This document shows, piece after piece, positions 1-8,127 of a stretch of DNA of 64,000 nucleotides. The notes beneath the pieces are model-generated. The model ran no database searches. It was given only the letters and a program-made list of their open reading frames with translations, and was not told the DNA's origin. How positions within the stretch are numbered: the first letter of the stretch is position 1; each line of letters starts with the position of its first letter. Source of the DNA: an uncultured bacterium. Lineage in GTDB: Bacteria > Desulfobacterota > Deferrimicrobia > J040. The translations under genes and the position numbers were made by a program. The stretch spans positions 47,795-111,794 of the forward strand of contig CAYSCN010000003.1 in NCBI GenBank assembly GCA_964429585.1. Direction: 5' to 3'.

Positions 1-1
1 C

Positions 2-133
2 CTCTATGTCCCCGAAGCTCTTCCTGCTGTCCACAAGCGCTTCCGGGGGATAGAACCGGCCCCTGCTGGCATCATGTACAACTTCATCCAATGGTATGTC
101 CCGGAGAACGAGGTGAAGTACAGGAGGTTCTGA
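2..133 (+). CDS. C-terminal fragment (5' partial) of a likely family-5 ABC substrate-binding protein (OppA/DppA-like)
   Basis: An open frame runs in from the window edge and ends at TGA 131-133, 10 nt upstream of the first permease gene. The short C-terminal peptide (…[20 protein letters not shown]) and its position ahead of permease-permease-ATPase-ATPase fit the binding protein of the operon. The fragment is too short for a firm call. Confidence 0.4.
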   Translation, partial: LYVPEALPAVHKRFRGIEPAPAGIMYNFIQWYVPENEVKYRRF

Positions 134-143
134 CGGATTCGAC

Positions 144-1124
144 ATGGTGAGGTTCCTCGCTAAGAGACTCGCTCTCATGGTCCCGCTGCTTCTGGGGATT
201 ACTCTCATTACTTTCGTGGTCATTCATCTCGCTCCCGGCTCCCCGACCGGCATGGCGACCGACCTCAACCCCAAGGCGGGGAGGGAAGCGCGCGAACGGT
301 TGATGAGATACTACGGCCTGGACAAGCCCCTTCACGTCCAGTACCTCCTCTGGCTCAAAAGAGTCGCCACATTCGATTTCGGCAACAGTTTCATGCCCGA
401 CGGCAAGCCGGTGATTCAGAAGATAAAGGAACGCCTTCCCATAACGATTCAGATCAATCTCCTGTCGATGGCTGTGATACTTGCCGTGGCGATTCCCCTG
501 GGAGTGGTCGCGGCCGTGAAAAAGGATTCGTTTTTCGACAAGAGCACGACGGTCTTCGTTTTCATAGGGTTTGCCACGCCCACTTTCTGGCTGGCCCTTC
601 TGTGCATGATTCTTTTCGGGGTGAAGCTTGGCTGGCTTCCCATCTCCGGGATAAATTCTCTCGATTACGAGCAGCTGAGCCTGTGGGGAAAGATACTCGA
701 CCGGGCGAGACATCTTCTGCTACCGGTACTTCTTGGCTCTTTCAGCGGTCTGGCTGGGCTTTCGAGATACATGAGGTCCAACATGCTCGAGGTGATAAGG
801 CAGGATTACATAACCACTGCCAGAGCCAAGGGAGTTCCAGAGAGGGATGTCATGTTCAGGCACGCCATGAGAAACGCGCTTCTGCCGGTGATAACGATTC
901 TTGGACTTTCGGTTCCGGAATTGATAGGCGGGTCGGTCATATTCGAGACTATTTTCGCCATCCCTGGCATGGGAAGGCTGTTTTTCCAGAGCGTTCTCTC
1001 GAGGGATTATCCCGTGGTGATGGGGATACTTTTCATCGGGGCTGTTCTGACTTTGCTGGGGAACCTGCTGGCGGATATCGGGTATGCCCTGACTGATCCC
1101 AGGATAAGGGAGGGAGTGGAATGA
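144..1124 (+). CDS. Peptide/nickel ABC transporter permease (OppB/DppB family)
   Basis: 326 aa. N-terminal [34 protein letters not shown] is typical of DppB/OppB. It carries a BPD-transporter signature region and multiple TM segments, and is first of two permeases followed by two ATPases. Confidence 0.9.
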   Translation: MVRFLAKRLALMVPLLLGITLITFVVIHLAPGSPTGMATDLNPKAGREARERLMRYYGLDKPLHVQYLLWLKRVATFDFGNSFMPDGKPVIQKIKERLPITIQINLLSMAVILAVAIPLGVVAAVKKDSFFDKSTTVFVFIGFATPTFWLALLCMILFGVKLGWLPISGINSLDYEQLSLWGKILDRARHLLLPVLLGSFSGLAGLSRYMRSNMLEVIRQDYITTARAKGVPERDVMFRHAMRNALLPVITILGLSVPELIGGSVIFETIFAIPGMGRLFFQSVLSRDYPVVMGILFIGAVLTLLGNLLADIGYALTDPRIREGVE

Positions 1125-1972
1125 AAGGAAGGAAACCTTCTCTCTTCCTGGATTTCCTGGAGAGGATCAGAAGAAATCGGCTGGCGGTTGTTGGTTTCGT
1201 GATAATAATTTTTTTCTTCGTTCTTTCTCTTTTCCCCGACTTTTTCGCTCCATACGATCCGAACCAGGTCGACGTGACTGCGATACTCGCACCGCCGTCC
1301 AAGGCGCACATAATGGGAACGGACGAGCTGGGGAGGGATGTTCTGTCCAGGATGATCTACGGCGCCAGGATTTCGCTCAAAGTGGGATTTGTTGCGATAG
1401 GCATAGCGGTATTGATTGGCACGGCCGTCGGGCTCACGGCCGGATACTTCGGTGGCTGGGTGGATGCGCTGCTGATGAGGTTCGTGGACGTGATGCTCTG
1501 TTTTCCAACTTTCTTCCTGATACTTGCGGTGATCGCGTTTCTGGAGCCGTCCATCTACAACATCATGATAGTGATAGGCCTGACCGGGTGGATGGGGGTT
1601 GCGCGCCTGGTGAGAGCGGAGGCGCTGTCTCTCAGGGAGAGAGAGTTCGTTCAGGCTGCGAAGGCGCTTGGGCAGTCCGATTTGGTAATAATGCTCAGGC
1701 ACGTTCTCCCGAATGCCATGTCTCCCATTCTCGTGGCCGCAACGCTCGGCGTTGCTGGGGCGATTCTGGTGGAGTCGTCTCTTTCTTTCCTGGGAATAGG
1801 AGTCCAGCCGCCCACGCCTTCCTGGGGAAACATCTTGACCGCCGGGAAGGACAACATAGAGTTTGCCTGGTGGTTGTCTCTTTATCCCGGGATTGCCATT
1901 CTTCTGACCGTCCTCGGTTATAATCTCCTGGGCGAGGGCATAAGGGATTCGATAGATCCGAGGTTGAAGTGA
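1121..1972 (+). CDS. Peptide/nickel ABC transporter permease (OppC/DppC family)
   Basis: 283 aa. The start overlaps the upstream stop by 4 nt. The N-terminus has the OppC-like motif (…DPNQVD…) and the [12 protein letters not shown] region is typical of DppC/OppC. Confidence 0.9.
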   Translation: MKGRKPSLFLDFLERIRRNRLAVVGFVIIIFFFVLSLFPDFFAPYDPNQVDVTAILAPPSKAHIMGTDELGRDVLSRMIYGARISLKVGFVAIGIAVLIGTAVGLTAGYFGGWVDALLMRFVDVMLCFPTFFLILAVIAFLEPSIYNIMIVIGLTGWMGVARLVRAEALSLREREFVQAAKALGQSDLVIMLRHVLPNAMSPILVAATLGVAGAILVESSLSFLGIGVQPPTPSWGNILTAGKDNIEFAWWLSLYPGIAILLTVLGYNLLGEGIRDSIDPRLK

Positions 1973-2006
1973 TGAGGGGGACAATAGCACCATTTAGGAG
2001 GATTCT

Positions 2007-2984
2007 TTGAACGTAGTTTCCGTAGAGAATTTGAGCGCCGGGTTTCGAGGTGAGGATAAACCTCTTTTGGCTGTGAGGAACGTGTCGTTCCGGATACGAA
2101 AGGGAGAGGTGTTCGCTCTCGTTGGAGAATCAGGTTGTGGGAAGACGATGACCGCCCTCACCATCATGAGGCTTTTGCCACAGCCGGCGGGTTTCGTGGA
2201 TTCGGGCAGGGTTGTTTTCATGGGCAGAAACCTCCTGGAGCTCCCGGAGGAAGAGATGCAGAAGCTGAGGGGCAGGGAAATTTCCATGATATTTCAGGAA
2301 CCAATGACTTCCCTGAATCCTGTCTTCACAGTGGGATATCAGATAGCGGAGGTTTTCGTCGTTCACGGCGTTTGCTCGTGGAAGGAGGGGATGGAGAGAG
2401 CCGTGGAGCTGTTGAGGAAGGTACGGGTCCCGGATCCGGAGAAGCGCATCAAGGAATATCCTCATCAGTTGAGCGGCGGCATGAGACAGAGGGTGATGAT
2501 AGCCATGGCTCTTGCTCTCAATCCGAAGCTTCTGATCGCCGATGAGCCCACCACTGCTCTGGACGTCACCGTTCAGGCTCAGATTCTCGAACTCATGGGC
2601 GAGTTGAAGGAGCAATATGGGATGAGTGTACTACTGATAACCCACGACCTGGGGGTGGTGGCCGAGCTCGCTCATCACGTGGCGATCATGTATCTGGGGA
2701 AGATCGTAGAGGAGGCGAGCGTGGAAGAGCTGTTCGACAGGCCCATGCACCCTTACACGAGGGGCCTTCTCGAGTCGCTTCCTCCTCTTGAGGGAGAAAA
2801 GAGGATTTTGAAACCCATTCCCGGCATGGTTCCCGATCTCGCTTCGATTCCGCAGGGGTGTCCTTTTTACGACAGGTGTGAGGTGAGGATGAACCCGTGC
2901 AGAGAAGATTTTCCCGAGTACACGAGGGTAAGCGATACTCACAGGGTTGCCTGCTACTATGCTCAAAAGGAGATAGCCGGATGA
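2007..2984 (+). CDS. Oligopeptide/dipeptide ABC transporter ATP-binding protein (OppD/DppD type)
   Basis: Walker A GESGCGKT, ABC signature LSGGMRQR, Walker B LLIADEPTTALD, and the C-terminal oligopeptide-ABC extension (HPYTRGLL…CPFYDRC). Confidence 0.9.
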   Translation: MNVVSVENLSAGFRGEDKPLLAVRNVSFRIRKGEVFALVGESGCGKTMTALTIMRLLPQPAGFVDSGRVVFMGRNLLELPEEEMQKLRGREISMIFQEPMTSLNPVFTVGYQIAEVFVVHGVCSWKEGMERAVELLRKVRVPDPEKRIKEYPHQLSGGMRQRVMIAMALALNPKLLIADEPTTALDVTVQAQILELMGELKEQYGMSVLLITHDLGVVAELAHHVAIMYLGKIVEEASVEELFDRPMHPYTRGLLESLPPLEGEKRILKPIPGMVPDLASIPQGCPFYDRCEVRMNPCREDFPEYTRVSDTHRVACYYAQKEIAG

Positions 2985-3958
2985 AAAGCGCCGACAGGGG
3001 CCATGGCGACATCCTGGTGATGGAGGAGGTTCACAAGCGGTTTCCCGTAAGGGCTGGTTTCTTTCAAAAGAAGGCGACCGTTCACGCGGTGAGCGGGGTG
3101 ACTTTCAGTGTGGGGAGGGGGGATTCGTTCGGGCTCGTGGGCGAATCCGGCTGCGGTAAGACCACTCTCGGGAGGCTGGCGATAAGGCTTATTTCCCCCA
3201 GCGAGGGAAAAATATATTTCGACGGGACCGACATAACGGCAGTGACGGAGAGGTTTTTGAGGCCGATAAGGAAGAAGATGCAGGTGATTTTCCAGGACCC
3301 GTTTTCTTCTCTTAACCCCAGGATGCGCGTGGAGAGCATAATAGGGGAAGGAATGATGGTTCACGGCCTGGCGGACAAAAAAAACGTGCGCGATCAGGTT
3401 GCAAGGGTTCTCGCTCTCGTCGGCCTTTCCCCGGATGTCATGGACAGGTATCCTCACGAGTTCAGCGGGGGGCAGAGGCAGAGGATTTGCATCGCCAGGG
3501 CCATTGCGGTGGAGCCGGATTTTCTCGTTGCCGATGAACCTCTCTCCGCTCTCGACGTTTCCGTTCAGGCTCAGATTCTCAACCTGCTGATGGAGATAAG
3601 AGAGAGAATGGGGATGTCTTTTCTGTTCATCTCTCATGATTTGAGAGTTGTGAATCTTTTCTGCAATAGGGTTGCCGTAATGTATCTGGGAAAGATAGTC
3701 GAAATGGGAGAGTGTTCTCTTATTTTCAGCGACCCACGTCACCCTTACACGAAGGCGCTTCTCTCCGCCGTTCCGAGGCCCGTTCCGGGCAGGAGGGGGA
3801 AGAGGATAATTCTCTCGGGAGATCCTCCGTCTCCTATTTCACCGCCCCCGGGCTGTTTGTTTCACACGAGATGCCCCATTGCAGAGGATGTCTGTTCGAG
3901 AGAGGTTCCCGAATTGAGAGAGGTCGGCGGCAGACTCGTTTCCTGCCATCTCGCTTGA
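2981..3958 (+). CDS. Oligopeptide/dipeptide ABC transporter ATP-binding protein (OppF/DppF type)
   Basis: Start ATG 2981 overlaps the upstream TGA (ATGA). Walker A GESGCGKT, signature FSGGQRQR, Walker B FLVADEPLSALD, C-terminal HPYTKALL…CLFHTRC motif. Confidence 0.9.
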   Translation: MKSADRGHGDILVMEEVHKRFPVRAGFFQKKATVHAVSGVTFSVGRGDSFGLVGESGCGKTTLGRLAIRLISPSEGKIYFDGTDITAVTERFLRPIRKKMQVIFQDPFSSLNPRMRVESIIGEGMMVHGLADKKNVRDQVARVLALVGLSPDVMDRYPHEFSGGQRQRICIARAIAVEPDFLVADEPLSALDVSVQAQILNLLMEIRERMGMSFLFISHDLRVVNLFCNRVAVMYLGKIVEMGECSLIFSDPRHPYTKALLSAVPRPVPGRRGKRIILSGDPPSPISPPPGCLFHTRCPIAEDVCSREVPELREVGGRLVSCHLA

Positions 3959-3961
3959 GTT

Positions 3962-5869
3962 TCATGATCGCTTGGTGATGGGCACAGACTTGAGGAAGTC
4001 GTACCTGCAATATGGACAGAATCTCCAGATCGGATCCACCGTCTTCTGACAGGCAGGACAGGTTTCGACCAGCTTCTTTCCGCAGTGGGGACAGGCGATG
4101 AATTCTGGCCCCAGCACCGCCTCGCAATCCGGGCATATCGACCCGAAGTCTTCGTCGGTGTGTATTACCCGAAGCACTTCGCTGACCGATGTTATCCCTT
4201 TCAGCACCTTTTCCAGTCCCGCCTGAGCGATGGTTCTCATTCCTTCCGCTATGGCTGTCTGCCTTATGTTGGATTCGGTGGCGTTGTTGGCTATCAGATC
4301 TTTTATCCTCTGGGAGAAGACGAGGATTTCGTAAATGCCGGTCCTGCCCTTGTACCCCGTCCAGCCGCACTTGGAGCACCCTTTGCCCCTGTAGAACTGG
4401 AGTCCCCTGATACTCCTGGAAGGTATTCCGATCTTGAGCAGGCTTTCTTCGGATGGGGAATCCTGAACCTTGCAGTTTGGACAGATTATTCTGACGAGTC
4501 TCTGAGCTATTATGCCTATGATAGTAGACGCTATGAGATAAGAGGGTATTCCCAGATTTTTTATCCTGGATATCGTGGAGACGGCGTTGTTTGTGTGGAC
4601 CGTGCTGAGCACCAGGTGTCCCGTGAGGGAGGCCTGCATGGCTATGGTGGCTGTTTCGGCGTCTCTCATCTCACCCACTAAAATCACGTCCGGGTCCTGT
4701 CGCAATATGGATCTGAGCGCACCCGCGAACGTCAGTCCTACCTTTTCATTCACCGCTACCTGATTGATTCCCTCCAGTTCGTATTCTATCGGGTCTTCTA
4801 TAGTGGTTATGTTTTTCTCGATGGACTTTATCCTGGTGAGAGCGGCGTAGAGGGTCGTTGTCTTTCCGCTGCCCGTGGGACCGGTTACGAGGATGATTCC
4901 CTGAGGTTTGTTTATCAACGATAGAAACCTGTCGAGAGTGTTACCTTCCATACCGAGCTGTTCGACGGTGAGAAGGGCGTTTTTCGGGTCGAGAATTCGT
5001 ATGACGACTTTCTCCCCGTAATTCGTCGGGAGAGTCGATACCCTGAGGTCGAGCATTCTTCCCCCGACTCTCACCCCTATCCTCCCGTCCTGAGGTAGGC
5101 GTTTCTCGGCGATGTCCATCTTCGCCATGATCTTTATCCTGGAAATCACCGCTCCCTGCACCCACTTGGGAAGCTCGATGCTTTTTCTGAGCATTCCGTC
5201 GACTCTGTTTCTGATGACCACTTTGTCTTTGGTGGGTTCCACGTGTATGTCCGAGGCTCCCTGTTCCACCGCCTCCGATATGAGGAGGTTCACCATCCGT
5301 ATTATGGGGGCGGCCTCGCTCTTCTTCTTCAGGTCCTCGACTTCTTTGGAATCTTCCTTCACCTCCTGCAGGACTTCGACGACCTTTTCAGATGAGATGT
5401 CCTTGACGATCGAGTCGAGAGATGCTCCCAGATTGTAGTGATGGTCTATCGCCCAGATTATGTCGCTTTGCGTCGCCACGTAGGGTTTGATCGTGAACCC
5501 GGATGCGAAACGAACGTCCTCGAAGGCTTCGTAACTCAAAGGATCTGCCATCGCAACGTGCAGATCCTTGTCTTCCACGCTGATTGGGATTATGAGGTGT
5601 TTCCTCGCCACCTTTTCGGGGATGATTTCTATTGCAACCGGTTCGACGGGCGTGTTCTTGAGGTCTATGAGCTGTATTCCGAGCTGGGTGGACAGCGCCT
5701 GGGCAATTTCTTCCTCGCTGCAAATTCCCATTTCCACGAGGATGGCGCCGAGTTTTTTCTTTCTGCCCTTTTGTTCCGCGAGCGCCCTCTTCAGGTCTTC
5801 CTGGGAAATGGTCCCCGATTCGAGGAGTATCTCACCCAGTTTTTTCTTTATTTTTATCTTGGTTCCCAT
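3962..5869 (-). CDS. MshE/PilB/GspE-family secretion ATPase: N-terminal tandem MshEN (c-di-GMP-binding type) motifs, tetracysteine motif and an extra C-terminal double zinc ribbon
   Basis: 635 aa. Walker A GPTGSGKTTT, Walker B/Asp box DPDVILVGEMRD, His box LVLSTVHTN, and the family tetracysteine CPNC…CSKCG. The N-terminus has two copies of the MshEN pattern: KLGEILLESGTISQEDLKRALAEQ and KLGAILVEMGICSEEEIAQALSTQ. Extra C-terminal tail CPDCEAV…CPHCGKK…CPACQKT…CPYCRYDF. Confidence 0.85.
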   Translation of the reverse strand: MGTKIKIKKKLGEILLESGTISQEDLKRALAEQKGRKKKLGAILVEMGICSEEEIAQALSTQLGIQLIDLKNTPVEPVAIEIIPEKVARKHLIIPISVEDKDLHVAMADPLSYEAFEDVRFASGFTIKPYVATQSDIIWAIDHHYNLGASLDSIVKDISSEKVVEVLQEVKEDSKEVEDLKKKSEAAPIIRMVNLLISEAVEQGASDIHVEPTKDKVVIRNRVDGMLRKSIELPKWVQGAVISRIKIMAKMDIAEKRLPQDGRIGVRVGGRMLDLRVSTLPTNYGEKVVIRILDPKNALLTVEQLGMEGNTLDRFLSLINKPQGIILVTGPTGSGKTTTLYAALTRIKSIEKNITTIEDPIEYELEGINQVAVNEKVGLTFAGALRSILRQDPDVILVGEMRDAETATIAMQASLTGHLVLSTVHTNNAVSTISRIKNLGIPSYLIASTIIGIIAQRLVRIICPNCKVQDSPSEESLLKIGIPSRSIRGLQFYRGKGCSKCGWTGYKGRTGIYEILVFSQRIKDLIANNATESNIRQTAIAEGMRTIAQAGLEKVLKGITSVSEVLRVIHTDEDFGSICPDCEAVLGPEFIACPHCGKKLVETCPACQKTVDPIWRFCPYCRYDFLKSVPITKRS

Positions 5870-5904
5870 GGTTGAATCCAGCGTTTGACTCGAAAACAGT
5901 GTTG

Positions 5905-5933
5905 ATATTATCAGAATTTTTTTTGGATAACAA
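5905..5933 (-). promoter_or_regulatory. Candidate sigma70-type promoter for the ATPase gene (minus strand TTGTTA-17 nt-TAATAT)
   Basis: The reverse complement of 5905-5933 reads TTGTTA tccaaaaaaaattctga TAATAT. It sits about 35 nt upstream of the ATPase ATG in an AT-rich intergenic region. Identified by eye only. Confidence 0.35.
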
Positions 5934-6088
5934 TTAATTGTGAGAAAAAATATTTTTCAGGTATTTCTTGGTGTGAAACTATCGATTCTGCTGGGCGAGT
6001 TGAATCGAGAACACAGATTCCCCTTTTCCCCCGAGAAATTTGGTAGAGCTTTCAGGATGGAGCTTACGTGCCGCCATGTGTCTCTTCG

Positions 6089-6274
6089 TCAACCTGCGGC
6101 CTTGGTTTTTTTCCTCTTGTCGTCTTTGTTGCTCTTTTCCGTTCTGTTTCTGATGACAACGTCGTCGACTACTTCACCGCATATCACGCATCGCCACGCG
6201 TAAAACACTTCCAGCATATCCTGATATCTCTCGTATATCATGAGTCCGTTGCATCTCGGACACTTCATTTTCAT
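6089..6274 (-). CDS. Small zinc-ribbon protein (61 aa, CPRC…CVICG) with a Lys-rich tail
   Basis: The ORF has a good RBS on the minus strand (reverse complement of 6277-6288 = AAGGGAGGGA) before the ATG. Two CxxC pairs lie about 22 aa apart, with a basic C-terminus KDDKRKKTK. Codon usage resembles neighbouring genes. It is co-directional with, and upstream of, the ATPase. Confidence 0.55.
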   Translation of the reverse strand: MKMKCPRCNGLMIYERYQDMLEVFYAWRCVICGEVVDDVVIRNRTEKSNKDDKRKKTKAAG

Positions 6275-6462
6275 CCCTCCCTTTTCGTTTCAATATTAGA
6301 TGATACGGTTATTCTCCTGGTTTCATCGTGTTGTTTTCAAAATATTACATTATATTACCGCTCATGTCATCTCCTTTGTTACAAACGCTTTGAATGTTTC
6401 GCTTTTTCCCCGGCGAGTTTTTGGAGTATACTTTTGGGAAGTTTTACCTGGAGGGTTTTGTG

Positions 6463-7698
6463 ATGAGACATCGCGGCATGTGGGTCGTTTTCTTCGTTGT
6501 CACGTCCGTCGTTCTCGTTTTCCATTCGAGGGCTTTTGCCGGGGATCCGGGGAAGCTTTTTCAGGAGGCCAGGGAACGAATAGCCGTGAAGGATTTCGAG
6601 GGAGCTCTGTCTGTTTACGAGGAAATACTCGATTCTTATCCGGATGACCTGGATGCCCTGCTGGGTAAAGCAAGGGTTCTCTCGTGGATGGGTAGATACG
6701 AGGAGGCGAGGGCCGTTTACCGGGATGCATTGAGGGTCGACCCTGAAAACGTGGATGCCGAGCTCGGGATAGCGGACACTTTCGCCTGGCAGTGGGATTA
6801 TGACAGGGCGATTTCGATGGCGCGTAAGCTGGAAAGGAGGAACCCCAGGGACAGGAATGTGCTCATAAGGCTTGCGAGATACAACCTCTGGGCAGGGAAC
6901 AGGGAAGAGGCAATTTATTACGCGGAAAGAGTGAAAAGAGATTATCCCGATGACCAGGAAGCCGACGATATAATTAGAAAAGCCGGGAGACTATACAGAT
7001 ACAGGGCTCTCGTGGGTTACGAATTTCTGAATATAACGAACGACGTGGACGGTCACAGTCTGTATGGGTTTCTCGACGTTGTTGAGGGAAAAGGGAAGAG
7101 GTTTTTCGGTGGGGTGGAGATCATCGACAGGTTCGATGAGCAGGAGGGCAGGATATCCGGAGGGGGGTCGTTCAAGGTGAGCGACAAGCTCGAGGTGTCC
7201 GTCGAGGCCGGCATCGCGCCTGGAGCAGACGTCCTTCCCCAATTTTCCGGCTGGGTGGAGCTGGCGTCTCCAGCTCTCCCTTCGTGGGTCGTCTACGGGT
7301 CTTTTTCCACTCAGATTTATTCCGACGCAGACGTATACAATTTTTCCGTGGCAGGAGAGTATTTCCCTTATGGTTACCTTTCTCTGTTCACCAGGGTTTC
7401 CGTGTCGAGAACTGAATTCGACCTTGGGAGAAGCTCTACCGATGGAAGCATCCTTTTCAGGACGACGTATTACGCAAATGAGGACGATGAATTTCACGTT
7501 TACGTGGGCTACGGGAACGAAGCATACAAGTCGGAAACCATCGATCTTGTGGGGGACATAGAAGCGAAGATTATAGGGGCAGGGGGGACTTACTACGTAT
7601 CCCCCTCTTTGGGGTTGTCACCGGGGTTCGAGTTTCAGGACAGAAGCGGTGGCACGCGGTATTACACATTTACCCTCGATCTACTTTACCGGTGGTGA
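6463..7698 (+). CDS. Outer-membrane protein: signal peptide plus TPR repeats plus C-terminal beta-barrel (possibly YaiO-like)
   Basis: ATG 6463 follows RBS GGAGGG. Signal peptide MRHRGMWVVFFVVTSVVLVFHSRAFA. About 170 aa of TPR-like helical repeats (ALSVYEEILDSYPDD…, ARAVYRDALRVDPEN…). The C-terminal ~230 aa show alternating hydrophobic beta-strand patterns with Gly/aromatic residues and a terminal aromatic (…FTLDLLYRW), typical of OM beta-barrels. Confidence 0.7.
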   Translation: MRHRGMWVVFFVVTSVVLVFHSRAFAGDPGKLFQEARERIAVKDFEGALSVYEEILDSYPDDLDALLGKARVLSWMGRYEEARAVYRDALRVDPENVDAELGIADTFAWQWDYDRAISMARKLERRNPRDRNVLIRLARYNLWAGNREEAIYYAERVKRDYPDDQEADDIIRKAGRLYRYRALVGYEFLNITNDVDGHSLYGFLDVVEGKGKRFFGGVEIIDRFDEQEGRISGGGSFKVSDKLEVSVEAGIAPGADVLPQFSGWVELASPALPSWVVYGSFSTQIYSDADVYNFSVAGEYFPYGYLSLFTRVSVSRTEFDLGRSSTDGSILFRTTYYANEDDEFHVYVGYGNEAYKSETIDLVGDIEAKIIGAGGTYYVSPSLGLSPGFEFQDRSGGTRYYTFTLDLLYRW

Positions 7699-7753
7699 CC
7701 TTTATAAAAAAGCCCAAGAACACGTATGAGAGAAAAAATCTTGGAGGGGGACG

Positions 7754-8101
7754 GTGCGAGTTCTCGTAATTGAGGACAACGCCGAGGTCAGGGAAATACT
7801 GAAGGAGATGGTTCAGCTTCTCGGGGCCGAGGCGGTTGTAGCTGAAAACGGATTGACAGGGCTCGAGCTCGTCAGGACAACTAAATTCGATCTGGTTTTC
7901 ACTGATCTCAGGATGCCGGGACTTAAGGGGACTCAGCTAGTAGAAGCGTTGAAGAAGGCGGTTCCAGATGTTCCGCTGGTTGTCGTTTCGGGTTCACCTC
8001 AGGACCTCAATGAGGAAGAGGTGAGGGACAAGGTGTTCCGGATAGTTAGAAAGCCATTTTCGATAAGGCAGATAGGGGAAATTATCGATTCTTTCCGGTA
8101 A
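7754..8101 (+). CDS. Single-domain response regulator (CheY-like receiver)
   Basis: 115 aa, GTG start after RBS GGAGGGGG. Canonical receiver residues are present: acidic pair VLVIEDN, phospho-acceptor Asp in LVFTDLRMPG, VVVSGS and VRKPF (Lys-Pro). There is no output domain. Confidence 0.85.
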   Translation: MRVLVIEDNAEVREILKEMVQLLGAEAVVAENGLTGLELVRTTKFDLVFTDLRMPGLKGTQLVEALKKAVPDVPLVVVSGSPQDLNEEEVRDKVFRIVRKPFSIRQIGEIIDSFR

Positions 8102-8127
8102 AGCGCGAGAGGAGAGTGGCGGTTCGC

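Noticed and set aside
84-713. 209-aa minus-strand ORF at the start of the window
   Set aside because: It is antisense to the OppB/DppB permease gene, has no motifs, and the permease call is far stronger.
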